A stretch of DNA of 64,000 nucleotides from the NCBI RefSeq assembly GCF_009914755.1, contig NC_060939.1, one strand, 5' to 3'. The DNA is from the human T2T-CHM13v2.0 reference genome, Homo sapiens. Of the stretch, positions 13,181-26,403 are shown in pieces. Within the stretch, counting starts at the first letter, position 1. Each line of letters starts with the position of its first letter. The position numbers and the translations under genes are program-made. Below the pieces are notes generated by a model. The model worked only from the letters and a program-made list of their open reading frames with translations, did no database searches and was not told the origin of the DNA.

Positions 13181-14298
13181 TGTCTCTCTTTTTTATACAT
13201 TCAGTGATCAGCAGGGTCAGATTCTCTACCTGTTTCTTCCAGTCTATTGAGAGATGCTCTTTTTCCTCAGGGTGGAGGCCTCATGTTCTCTCCTTTATAG
13301 GTGAACAATTTGAGTGCTTCAGACTAGTTCACATGAAACCAAGGGGCAGCCAGAGACTAGGGATGTGCTCCCATTAAATGCAATGGTTGAATAGTTTTCA
13401 AAATATTATCATTACAAAATAGTCACGCTTTTCCTCTTCATAGAGGAAGACAAACACTACTATGTTTATTTCCCACTTAAATCCCATTGGTTTAAAAAAA
13501 ATCCTTAAGAAAAACGTTTTCAAATACTCTGAATCAGACTCAAGCTCAAATCAGATACACTTGTAGTTACAAGGGGCTGAGGTTTCTCTGTCTTTGTTTT
13601 AGGTTGTTGCTAGATAATACAAGCAAAACATGCTAATAAGGTTGACTTTATGGAAGGTCCCAGGAATATTCAGTGGGCTTTAGTGCAATGCCTAAGTAGC
13701 TGTTCTCAAAGCTAATGTTTTGTGAGTCTGCGCTTCAGCTGTAAACTAATTCCTTTATTTCTTTCATATGTTAGCAAGCGGTTCCATGCATGCTAACCAT
13801 TCAAATAGATGGGTGATCTTTCCAAATGGTGACAGCATCCCCAGGGACAACACCACAGGGAAGGTTATTGATGGGAATGATTAGAGATTACTCATGCCAG
13901 CTTCAGAGAGGCCTACCAGCTGCTAACAGCAGTAAACCATTAGTTTTAAGTATTATGGTTGATTTTAAATCTGAGATCCTTTTCATGTGATGTAAACTCC
14001 TGCAAAAGGAGCCTGCCTTGTTTCATTAATTCTAACCTGCCAAAAAGGAATATATGCAGAGATAAAAACCAGACATATAGGTACTAGAAAAAAAGTGTTT
14101 CTATGTCTAATTTCAGTTTAAACTATTGACTTAATGACTAATTTCCAAAGTATTGACAGACCAATGTACTCATGACCCTAATATTGAGGCATATGTGTTA
14201 AATCTTCAAGGTTAAAAAACTGACAGTCCCTCCAAATTAGAGTCAACTCAGTGATGGTTATTTTACATTAATAGTTAATCACTGTTGCTGCTCTAAGC

Positions 14299-14475
14299 CA
14301 ATGGTTTCCACCTTGGCTATATATGGGAATCATCTGGGAGGCTTTTAAAAAATATAGATGCCTGGTTCTACTCCAAGACATGCTGATTTAATTGTCCTAG
14401 GGTGTGCCCTAAGCAGCAGGGATTGTAAAAGTTCTCCAGGTGATTCTCATTTGCAGCCGTGGTTGAGAATTGCTG
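14299..14475. mobile_element. MER5B-like hAT-Charlie MITE, full length
   Basis: 177 bp, caatggtt..aattgctg termini, perfect 8-bp TSD ctctaagc (14291-14298 and 14476-14483). Confidence 0.88.
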
Positions 14476-14594
14476 CTCTAAGCAGCAACAGGACAAGGGC
14501 TTGAATGGTGGGGTGTAGGACATGAGGGAAAAGATGCTCGGTTGTCAAACGTCTGACCTGTTGCAGAACAAAAGGATGTAGTCTCAGTCCTAAG

Positions 14595-14689
14595 CAGGGT
14601 AACCCAGCCACCCGGTTTGCCCTGGACCATCCTGGTTTTAACACTCAAAGTCCCATGTCCTGGGCAGAATGGGATGGCTGGCCTCCCTA
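14595..14689. mobile_element. MER81-like hAT-Blackjack MITE
   Basis: cagggtaacc..ggtttgccc..ggttttaacact.aaagtccc..ccta; 8-bp TSD gtcctaag/gtcataag. Confidence 0.8.
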
Positions 14690-15788
14690 GTCATAAGGTC
14701 TGCAAAGAGAGGAGGGAGACAACTTTGGTCCAGAAACAAATAGTGTTAACTGGTGGAAACAAACAATGATCTGTTGACAGGAGGGGTCCAGAGCTAATCT
14801 GGTATGGACCAGCCAATATCAATGTCAGACGGGTCAAAGCCAAAGGGAAAGCCTTGGCAGCAAGGCTTGTTGACAATCCCAGCTCTTGTTAGCACATGTC
14901 TTAGCCTTGAATCCAACATAGCAGTCCCAGCTGTTCTGAGAAATGTCAGAGTGGAATCAGGTCCATCTGCCTCCCCAGGGTTATCACTTGTTGCCGTCTC
15001 TTTGAACCCACCTCTCCAGGCTGACTAATCTTCCTGAAGAATCCCACTCCCTCCTAGCCCCAGTGATGCCGTTCCATTGCCCTCAGTTAGGCTTGCTCAG
15101 TGCTATGCTGTTGCTGCTTCTTCCCACTCTCCATTGTCTAGGGAATAAGCCCTCTTCTTTAAAGATTTCCCAACCACTTTTATTCATTACTGACACCCCC
15201 CAGCAGACTTAAGACTTTTTGGAACTGCCACTATGAAATTTTAGTAACACAGGTGTGCTTTATATTGGCTTATGTAATGCAGCCCTTTGGAGAGCCACAA
15301 GCTATTAAAATGCAATTATGGTTTTTTGCTGCCACATCCACCCATGAAACAATCTTCACCCTCTTGTGGGGCTATACCACCCCCATGGAGAATGCAGGAA
15401 CTAGTGTCATTCTCCCATTGAGTTTTCTACCTCCTTTTTATCTTATTCCCACTGTACCCTATAGAGACTTCTAGCATAACATCTATAATATTTAGTAACT
15501 CATAGTTCAAATTACTGACCCCATTTTTAAGGGTAGAGACCAGTTCTAATTATGTATATGGGGCATATATTTGTCTTTTAGACACTGGTAAATGCCAATC
15601 ATGTTAGGTCCTCAAGAAACATTTGGTTGGAACAATGATTGTGTGGCCCACATTTTTCCAGTCTTCACTATATGTAATAAGACTCTCCACTTCCACATAC
15701 CCCTAATGCAAGTCTTCTGGACTTTGTGTCCTTCCTATCAGGGCAGCCCCCAGGAAATATCTGACATTTGCTTAGAAACAAGTTTTTC

Positions 15789-16086
<298 letters not shown>

Positions 16087-16449
16087 AAGTTTTCCAACTT
16101 CAACTAACTCTAGACCTCCTGGATGTTTATCTCAGTTGCATGGTTTTCTGTGGCATGTTTTCTAAACTGCAGTAGTGTCATTTACAACTCCATAGAAGTG
16201 TCAACTTCATCTCTCCAAATTTCCTTTAAGAAAAGCAGCAGAACAGATATTTTGGTTTTATAAATCCATAGCCAGTAACCACCCTTTGTGCTGGGGCTAC
16301 CGTGTGCTGGCCAATGCGTTCCTGCCACCCCAATCTCCATGCCCATTAATATAGGAAGGTTATAGGTTGTAGGGAAAGGGGGGCAAATGTAAATAGCAGT
16401 GCTATTACCTTATGATAGATTGAGTTCAAGGCCCAGAACACTTCCTTGT

Positions 16450-16629
16450 TCTGAAGACACTTGCTATTGGATTTAAGGCCCACATTGATAACCTAGGACA
16501 ATAACTATCTCAAGATCCTTAATCTGCAAGAGCCTTGCAGACCATTTTCCAAATAAAGTCACATTTATAAGTTCCACAAATGAGGACTTGAACATATACT
16601 TTTTGATGGCCATTATTCAACCTATGACA
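16450..16629 (-). mobile_element. MLT1 (MaLR) LTR fragment
   Basis: attggatttaaggcccac..tctcaagatccttaat..ttccaaataaagtcacatt..attcaacctatgaca. Confidence 0.7.
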
Positions 16630-16736
16630 GGAATCAAAGCCAAGTTTTTAAGAGTAGAAAAAGCTGTATCGACAGGGCAAAATTTTAGATGCTTGGATAG
16701 TCCAGCTTCTGCAATAAAGTGAGAGAAACCAGTTTT

Positions 16737-17310
16737 TGTGCCCAGCCTCCATTATTAACCTCAGTAGGGAAGGCAACAGGTTCAAGAGGTAGAAGAAGAG
16801 ACCCAGAGCCAGGAAGTGGACATGGGGTTTTACTAGGGGCTTACATACAGGGGAGAGGGTCCAGGGTGGCAGGCTGGACCGGAGAACCACCCTACTTACA
16901 GAAATGACCCCGTGGCAGTAGGCTGGACAACATATCCACAGTCCTATGGTCCAGTGACGTGAGCTGAACAAGATAAACGCACAGCCCCCATAGTATCGGG
17001 TTGGGGAGGAAAACTGCAACTGCTTGCAAGCAGCCTGCAGCTTATATAGCATTTTCACTTAACATCCTCCCCTTAACGACCTCCACCGGGCAACATTCAT
17101 TTAATCCAAAACTCAGGGCCTTAATGCGTTGTATAGCCCGTGTTCCATTGGTTGGGCCTGGAGCTTAATGTTACTCATAGACAAGAAATGAAGCTCTGGG
17201 TTGGCCACTCCCACATCCCCTAGCTCAGAACACACATTCAGGTGCATCTGCCATCGGGGTCATCCTAAGGTTATGCTGGCGTTATTGCTATCAGGTATGT
17301 TTACCCTACA
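16737..17310 (-). mobile_element. ERV1 solo LTR (MER66-like)
   Basis: Minus strand has TG..CA termini: tgtagggtaaacatacctgatagcaataac..gggagtggccaaccc..aagtgaaaatgctatataa..agtaaaacccc..ggcaca. Confidence 0.75.
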
Positions 17311-17883
17311 ACAGCACGAATGACAAGGACATTGTGAACAATGTGACTCACCTGAGAATCTTCAAGGATCATGGGAACATGCTGGGTGTGTGTAGGAGGG
17401 AGGGGGAAGCATGGTGCATATGTCAATCACGGTCTCAGCAGGAAACTGATGGTGCATTCAAAAGCATGACTAGAGAGTGTCCAGTGAAGCAACTTTTTGC
17501 AGAGGCGTAGGCAGGAATAAAGTGCTAGCACAGGGTTTGACTGTAGACTGTCAATGAATGAGTCACAGTTTTACACTCCCCAGTCTTATCTTATTGGCAG
17601 ATGATCTCACCCAGTGTGGGGAGAAAACCAAGTTAGGCAAGAGCACAACAAGCTCTATCAGTGAGGCCTAACTCGAGATGCCTGGATAGCCCAGCTATCA
17701 GCCAGTCAACAAGGGATAATGAGGCACCCCAGGGCTATCAACAGAAAAAAGCTGTTACTAAACTAGGGCTACAGGTCCAAGGGGAAGGAGGTGCCATCCC
17801 TAAGGCTAAACAGAATCAGATGAGCATAATTAGAGGAACAGAGGACTGAGTGACTCAGGAAAAGCCTAAGGGGATTAAGAACC

Positions 17884-17885
<2 letters not shown>

Positions 17886-17934
<49 letters not shown>
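17886..17934. repeat. (CA)~24 microsatellite
   Basis: Perfect CA run. Confidence 0.99.
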
Positions 17935-17935
<1 letters not shown>

Positions 17936-17936
<1 letters not shown>

Positions 17937-18135
17937 CCCTCTCTCTCTCCTTTCTCCCCCTCTTCTCCCTTTCCTCTCTCCCTACTCCTTTCTCTCCTCT
18001 CTCTTCTCTCTCTCCTCTCTCCCTCTCTTTCTGTCTCCTCTCTTTCTCACCCCCTCTCTCCTCTCTCTCTTACCCCTTCCCTGCTCTCTTTCTCTCTTTC
18101 CCCACCCACCCTATCTCTCTCTCCTCCTGTCCTCC
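17936..18135. repeat. ~200-bp CT-rich polypyrimidine tract
   Basis: Almost only C/T. Confidence 0.95.
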
Positions 18136-18899
18136 AATACCCCATAGGTACTTCCTTATGGCTGCTGTTAGCTAAAATCTAGAGAGTAGAGGGTGAGTAG
18201 CCCTCCTGGGGGCACAGAGCAGGGCAGAGAACAGATTGTGAGGGAACTTGGAGAACAACAAACCTGAGGGCAAGGTGTGATTCTAGGAAATCTGTCCAAG
18301 TAGACTGCTCCAGATTGCTTTGGTTTGAATACTAAAGGTTACGTGACATATTTGCAGTCACAGTTGGTGAGATCTGGAGATTGAAGTTAAATTGTTTTAA
18401 TGGATTCTCATCCAGGATCCAGGAGGTGAGAGATCACACCTGCCTTGCTCATTTCAACACCCCATTCCTGGGCACAGTTCCAGAATACAGTGGACACTGA
18501 AAACAACATTGACTGAATGAATCAAGTCCATCCTTGCAGATTTGTGCTTTGGGAAAAGATGAGGCTCTTTGTGCCTGACTCCTTCCATTGAGAAGAGTTT
18601 GCTCACCCTCTAATATAAATTTACCTTGGGCTGTTCCTACTCCCTGGGCCTCCTGACATATAAAGACAAGCCTATAGCCTAGGCTCAAGCTGAGATACAC
18701 AAAGACAATAAATTATCTCATGGGCCACATTCCCAGGAGGAGTTCAGGATTAGAGCTAGTAGCTGACTGAGCTGAGGTTCAGGGCTGGGTTTCAGCCCTA
18801 AGATGAAAGCAGGGATTCAGGGGCCTGTGTGTAAAAGGCTGGTCAAGTTGAGACCAGAAAGGAATTAGAAGTCTTTGCTCGCACAGATGCCCTTTTCAC

Positions 18900-19275
18900 T
18901 TAACATTACTTTACTGAGCATCAGTCTTGCACCAGATACCATGTCAAATGCCTGGGATGTAAAACCAAGTAAAACACATTATTTCCCTTTCATTGCTTAC
19001 ATTGTTGTTAGGGAGGCAGGGAAAAGTTTATGAATACATTTTGCAATGAGCTCTTTTGTAGAGGCCAAAGATGCCTTAGACAGGAGGGAATGCTAACCAC
19101 TGCCAGGGTCGAAGTGTGAAAGGACAGGAAAGCTTAACAAATGCAGTGATCCCTGAGGTCTGTCTCAGAGCATGAGTGCAAGTTTTCCAAGACAGGGATG
19201 GGGAAGTCAGCTGGACAGAGAATAGCACATGGACAGGCACAGTGGTGAAGAAGAGGATGTTGCTTTCAGAAAACT
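18900..19275 (-). mobile_element. L2 fragment
   Basis: tttactgagcatc..gcaccagatacc..; acagagaatagcacatggacaggcacag. Confidence 0.55.
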
Positions 19276-19278
19276 AGA

Positions 19279-19610
19279 TGTCTTAGTTTGAGCTACTGTA
19301 GACTGGGTGGCTTAAACACAAACATTTATTTTTCACAGTTCTGGAGACTGGAAATCTGAGATCAGGGTACCGGTGTGGTCGGGTTCTGGTGAGGTCCTTC
19401 TTCTTAGTTTACACATGGCCATCTTCTTGCTGTGTCCTCTTGTGGTAAACAGTATCTCTTCTTATAAGGGCACTAATCCCACTCATGAGAGATTTGTTTT
19501 TATGACCTAATCACCTCCCAAAGGTCACAACTCCAAATACCATTACATTGGGGGGGGATAAGAGTTTCAACGTATGAATTTGGGGGGATGCAAACATTTA
19601 GTTCATAGGA
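19279..19610 (-). mobile_element. MLT1A-like MaLR solo LTR
   Basis: tgtcttagtt..catttatttttcacagttctggag..cttataagggcactaatccc..atgacctaatcacctcccaaagg; 5-bp TSD ctaga/ctata. Confidence 0.88.
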
Positions 19611-20435
19611 CTATAAGAACTTCTGTATAGGCCAAAGGGGCTAATCAGGGTTCTTGAATGCCACACACAGGAGCCTGGACTTTGTTGCACATGTAGAGTT
19701 TGGCTGAAGCAAGGAGAAGGTGAGGCCATGGTATTCTGCAGGCTCCAACATGCTCAGGCTGGAAGTGCCTACAGGCCTCAGCTGATACCAGCTTCTCCAT
19801 GTGCTATACAATAATAACCTAGTGTTTCTCATAGTGGGCATACAGCCCAAGAGTCCAGTCTCTTGTGGGGACATTAGCCATGACCAGAACTGATCTTTTT
19901 ATATCCCTCTAATCAAAATCACTTATATGGTTTGCAAGGTGATAAGAGTCTCTCCCACTATTTAGCTGTTTAGATTCACGCCATTCAGAGGCATGCTCTA
20001 GGAGAGCTATAGGCTAATAAGGAGGATACCAGGCCAAGGTGCTGGGGAAAATCTCCTTTCGCATTTCAAACGCTTATAAAAGCCGAATTTAAAAACAAAT
20101 TTCAGTGTATAGAGATGTTTAACCCTCTGCCTCCCACCAAGAAGGCAATACCCAAAAACAAAATAAGGATAAGTAACTCAAAGCCAATGGTGCATGGGAC
20201 TTGAAGCCACTCGGCAGGCTCATGGGGGAACTAGGGAATGGCATAGGCTCCAACGGCTGGGGGCTAAGGTCCCACTGCTGCCCACAGAAGGGATTCCTGT
20301 CCTTGGCAAATGAAGCTACTGTCTTCCAAGGACCAGTGCGGAAAAAAAGTTGGCCTGGCCACTTTCATAAGTAGGTGTGAGTTCTGAATCCAGGATTCTA
20401 ATGTGATATGGTGACACCAAGCCAAAAAAAAATTA

Positions 20436-20841
<406 letters not shown>

Positions 20842-21039
20842 CTAATATGACAGGTGAGATTTGAAGATCAATAACTATCAACTTAGAATCACAAAACCTG
20901 CAACAAAATGAGGAAAATAATGACACCTTTAGACAATAAGATGCAATCTCTCAAAGAAGAAAATTTAACATAGAAGACTGGCACACAAAAATAAAAAGAA
21001 CAAATTGTTGTTAACTGTAAACTAGCATTGATTGACTAT

Positions 21040-22250
21040 AAAAACTAAAATGACTTTTGAGAGAGGTAAACAGGTGAGGCTAAAATAATGGTGAACAATT
21101 ACATGGAAAATGGGTAAGATCTGAATCTTATATGTTGCTGCAAGAGAAATACTAGATGCAAAATAACAGACAGTTGAAAATATAGTTGTAGGAAAGTATG
21201 TATTATACAAGCACTAATAAAAATCTGATATAGTAATAATATTAGAGAAAATCTATTCAGGATAAAGAGCATCAAGAGATATAAACAGGAATACTCTATA
21301 AAAGTGATGCTTATCCCCAGAGATACATAGAAAATGCGAAATTGCATGCCCAAAAATACAGAAATGGGTATTGAAATGAAAGCCTTACAGAATTAAAAGG
21401 TGAAATTGACAGATCTGCAGTAAAGAACATTTCAATTCACACCTCTCAGAAGCTGACAGATGAAATACACAAAAAATTAGTAGGATAGTAAAAAATTTGA
21501 ATGACACTTTTAACAACTGTGTTCTATATGTCTGTGTGTGTGTGTGTGTTTGTGCACATGTATATAATTGTAGTATCTATGAATACATATGTATGTATAT
21601 GTAATATGTTATATATATTATATATACCACACACATATATTAATATATAAATATACTTTACCTAACTATACGTATCTATACATAACCATTACACATGCAC
21701 AGTTTATATACATACATATACATCTTAACCAACAAATAGAAACCATTATATTCAAGTCCATATGTAACTTTTAAAATAAATATTGACCACATGAGACCAT
21801 AAAAAAATTTGATAAACTGAAAGTATTAATATCATACACATTATATACTCTGATCACAATTCTGTTAAATTAAAAATGAACAATAAATTCATAGTTAAAA
21901 TACTTTACAAAAAGACATTTAGAATAAACACATATCCATACACACACGAATCCCAAGGGAAATACTCTAGAAATGTGTAAGAAAATATGAAAGTCGAAAT
22001 AGTTTTAAAATAGAAAATTTCTTAAGACAGAAACAACCCAAGACACAAATGAAAAGGTAAATAAGTTAAATCAAATGAAAAGCATCCCTATCAAAACAAA
22101 AACAAAGGAAAGAAGAGAAAGAAAGAAGTACATTATAATCAAATTTAAAAGACGAGGCTGGGAGAATGTATTTACAACACATGTAGCAGATTTAAGATCG
22201 TATCCACGCTATAGAAAGAATTTTTGTACAACCATCAGAAAAGGAGAAAG
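21040..22250 (+). mobile_element. Ancient L1M ORF2 fragments, split by (TG)n/(TA)n low complexity at ~21525-21720
   Basis: acagaattaaaaggtgaaattgacaga..; attgaccacatg..ctctgatcacaat..; ctgggagaatgtatttacaacacat. Confidence 0.65.
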
Positions 22251-22564
<314 letters not shown>

Positions 22565-23334
22565 AGAAAAGGAGAAATAAAGTGATATTATAATTTGTTC
22601 ATTGGGATGAATGTGTATATTAAAACATTTTTTAAAAACTTCATGATACTTTTAGGAAGGAAAATAGAGAAACGAGTTGTGGGAGGAATAAACTTCAACT
22701 TCATCCTTAATCTCCTATTTTTTTAATAGAAAGTGCTTGAAATAAAAATTGGCAAAATGTTAATATTTGTTAATTCTGGTACACAAGTAAATTTTACATT
22801 TTTTGTACTTTTTGTATTTTACTAAGTAATTCAGAATTTTAAGATTGTCAAGGAAACTATAAATGCACTAATTAAGTGGTTAATATTTGTGTATGTGTGT
22901 GTGTGTTTCTTTATTGCTAGATTTCATGCCAGTATTTTTTCCAAAGCAAGATTGACACATGATCCTTTGAATAAATGAACATTTCCATTTTAATTGACTA
23001 TATTAGTCCTAATAAGTTAACATGTTAATGTGTGCTTTATGTACATAATTCTTCAGTTACAGGCAATAAATTACTGTTATGTTTTTACCATGCGCAATGA
23101 ACAATCATAAGAAAATCAGGAGGTGGAATGTCATAACAAGATGCATATGCAAGATTGAAGAAAAAGGACAAATACAAAAAATAGGGCACAAATCATCATG
23201 ACAGAGTAACCAATACCCCACTTTTTTCAAAAGAAAAGATTACTAGTGTGACAGGATTGCAAAATAAGTTCATTCCTTAGGTAAAATTGTGAAGAAGAGG
23301 AAGTGTGCATGGCCATTTGTGCAAATAAGGCATG

Positions 23335-23615
23335 TTGGGTAGTAAGTAGCAGAACACACACCTCAAATTGGCTTCAAATAGTGATGGCAAGCATTATTTA
23401 CATCACAGAGGGGCAGACAATGCAGTGGCTGATCAGAGCTTTCCTGATACCATCATGCTTTTTAGAGGCCTCTGCTCTGCCAGCCTGGGAGTCATCTTCA
23501 CCCTCAGGCTGGTAGACTCCAGTCTCTTAGGTCAGAATGGGATTAGAGACCCGTTCCTGAACCAGTCACACACAGCGGGTGAAACTGCTATGATTGGTTT
23601 AGACTTAGAGACTGG
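23335..23615 (-). mobile_element. Old MLT1 (K/L-like) LTR fragments
   Basis: ctcaaattggcttc..; ggtcagaatggg..cctgaaccagtcac..tgattggtttagac. Confidence 0.5.
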
Positions 23616-24099
23616 AATGGATGCTGGTGAGTCCCATTATTTCTGCCATGCTCTTCCCGGGGTTGTTTTTTCCCCTATGTTTCCTTGTGTTTATGCTCTT
23701 TCATTTGCTCAACGCCTTGTTTTTCTTCTTGCTATTAAAATTGAGGTGCAGATTCCCATGCCAGTTTATAGTCACATTTTAATTTGTGTCTTGTCAACAA
23801 AAGCATATTTGGAAAATATACTAATGGATGTCCAGCTTCAGTTACCAAGGTAGAATTGAGCAGTACTAGATAGTGAGGTTTGAAGTTATCTGATTTTCCT
23901 CCCATTCTTCCTTCCTCTGTCATTCTCTTGTAAGCAATATCATTGCAGAAAACTTGAGAAATACATATGCAAAGGAAAAGTAGAATTGCCCGTAATGTCA
24001 CCACTCAGAGAGAGAAGCTTTATATTTCAATCTGTGTTCTTACAGTGAATTAAACCTTGGGAAATTCTGTATAAAACTTATTTAGAGAATTATGTTTGA

Positions 24100-25336
24100 T
24101 GTTGATGAAAAAAGCCAAACTCTGTAAAATATTTGAAGAGGTTATCTGAGCCAATATGACTGACCATGGCGTGGGGTACAATCTTGAGAGGTCCTGAGAA
24201 AATGTGCCTGCGATGGTTGGGTTACAGCTTGGTTTTATACATTTTAGGGAAACTGAAGTTACAGGCAAAAACATAAATTAATACATGTAAGGTATACATT
24301 GGTTCAGCCCAGAAAGTGCAGATTGGCAATTGGCGGGGGTGGGGCTTACAGGTCACAGGTAATTTCAAAGATTTTCTGATTGGTAATTGCTTGAAAGAGT
24401 TAAGCTTTGTCGAAAAAGTTGAATTCAGTAGAAAGAAATGCTTGAGTTAAGATGGGGAAGGCTGTAGAAGCCAAGGTTCTTGTTACGTAGATGAAACCTC
24501 TAAGCAGCAGGCTTCAGAGAGAAAGGATGGTAAATGCCTTTCTTTGGACATTAAAAGGTTTTGGAATCTCAGTTAAATCTCTTCTGGATCCAGTAAAGAC
24601 CTAGTAAGAGGAGATTCTATACAGAGGCTAATTTCTGCCACAAGAGAGGGCTTTGCAGGGCCATTTAAAAATATGTTAGAGAGGACGGGTGAGGTGGCTC
24701 AGCCTGTAATCCCAGCACTTTGGGAAGCCCAGGTGGGTAAATCATGAGGTCAGGAGCTCGAGATGAGCCTGGCCAACATAGTGAAACCCCGTCTCTATTA
24801 AATATACAAAAAATTAGCTGGGCGTGGTGGCGGGTGCCCATAAACCCAGCTACTTGGGAGGCTGAGCCAGGACACTCACTTGAACCCAGGAAGCGGAGGT
24901 TGCGGTGAGCCAAAATTGCACCACTGCACTCCAGCCTGGGTGACAGCGTGAGACTCTGTCTCAAAAAAAAAAAAAAAAAAAAAAAAGAAAAAGAAAAAGA
25001 AATATATGTCAGAGAACTATATAACTATATTATATTTTGGGGTAAAATATTTTGATTTCCTTTAGGGCATGCGATGTGTCATGTGATGCTATCCCAGATT
25101 CAGGTTAGAATTTGGTATCTTGTTGACACAAAGAGTCTGCTTTAGCAGTTACATGATCTCTATTTTAATGTTAATGCTGGTCAGTTGTGCCTAAATTCCA
25201 AAAGTGAGGGGGTATAATGAGGTATGTCTGAGCTCTTTTCCCATCATGGTCAGGAATTCAGTTTTTCAGCTTCCCCTTGGCCCAGAGGGGTCCATTCAGT
25301 CATTTGGGGGATGTAGGATTTTATTTTTGGTTTACA
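24100..25336 (-). mobile_element. ERV1 MER4-group solo LTR, interrupted by an Alu
   Basis: tgttgatgaaaaaagccaaactctgtaaaatatttgaagag..cagcttggttttatacattttaggga..ttttatttttggtttaca; TG..CA termini. Confidence 0.88.
24683..24999 (+). mobile_element. Alu (AluS) nested in the MER4 LTR
   Basis: Full dimer, long A tail, TSD aaatat(at)gtyagaga. Confidence 0.97.
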
Positions 25337-26403
25337 ATGTATATTGGTTTTCTACACACTCTTGTAGAACTAGAGAAGGGAACTGAAGCTTCTCCTAAGC
25401 GCTCAATTTGATATTTTCTTCCTGCCTCACATGCCTTTCACCCCTGCTTTAAGAAACATGTTTGTGCCTGTCTGTTGAGACAGCACTAAATTCTGCATGA
25501 ACAAACATCCAAACTCCAAGGGATTAGGGTTTGCTCCATAGTCTGGCTTTATTTCAACCCTGAGGTCTTAAATTGGAAGAGCAACCAGGGCTCACAGGCA
25601 CTGACTCACCTTAGAGACTCTTGCAGAACTTTTGCTCCTGAAACCCAGAGACAAAGAGAGGTGTGCCTGGGAAAGAATGCTTCCCCTGACAAGAGTCGTG
25701 ATGGAAACTCTTAAGTCATGAGCTTCATTCTTTGGGCTAATAGCACCCGATTCTGCCAAAGCCCAAACTTTCTTCAAAGCAGAAGATCCAGGATCTGTGA
25801 GCTGTGAAAGTGACACTGAAAAATTACTTATTGTGAGTTGAACATCTGGCTGCCATATAGTTTTTATTCTTTTCACACTGTTCTCCCCCACCACCGTCTT
25901 TGCCACCATTTACCAAGGGTGGAAGCCAGTGTTGCTATGCTTGGCCTTGCAGACATCTCTCCTTGCAACCATTGTTTTGAATGTGTGGATTGAAGTTAAA
26001 GGCAGTCAGCTGCAACTGCTAGTGGCTCCCAGGAAGATTGGCCCCTTCATTACACATCCCTGCCATTGTCATCCATAGAATGATTTAAAACTCCCTTTCT
26101 CACTTCTTCTCACTTTGGATTATTTTCCCAGAAAGCTACTCTTTGATATGTGAATGACGCTTAAATAGTATCTAGTGAGTGGAAAAGGTTAAATAGATTT
26201 CTTCATGGTCAGAGTTGCCAGTGCTTGGGTAGATATGCCCTGAATTCCCTGCCTTGTTCCAGACAGACGCCATGATGCTTATGCCAGCAATGGCGTCTAA
26301 TGGGTAGAAACTGTATTTACATAAAGCCACTTAGCCATGGGCTCGATTTCTTGTTCACTGACTGTGTAGATAATGGATATCTTTCTTAGTCTCTTTTAGC
26401 TAT

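Larger units (their letters stand above)
17421..18262 (-). mobile_element. ERVL LTR (LTR33/LTR41-like), interrupted by a ~185-bp insert and microsatellites
   Basis: tcagcaggaaactgatggtgcattcaaa..; acaagggataatgaggcaccccagggcta..; ggggcacagagcagggcaga.. Confidence 0.6.

Noticed and set aside
13078-13377. 99-aa + strand ORF
   Set aside because: It lies antisense to the RPL39 pseudogene 5' end, has a non-ATG start and shows no homology I can recognise.
17850-18182. 110-aa HT/SL-rich ORF
   Set aside because: It is a translation of the (CA)n and CT-rich microsatellites.
23368-23853. Longest ORF in the track (161 aa)
   Set aside because: It uses a non-ATG start, overlaps a degraded MLT1 LTR and has no recognisable domain; consistent with chance.
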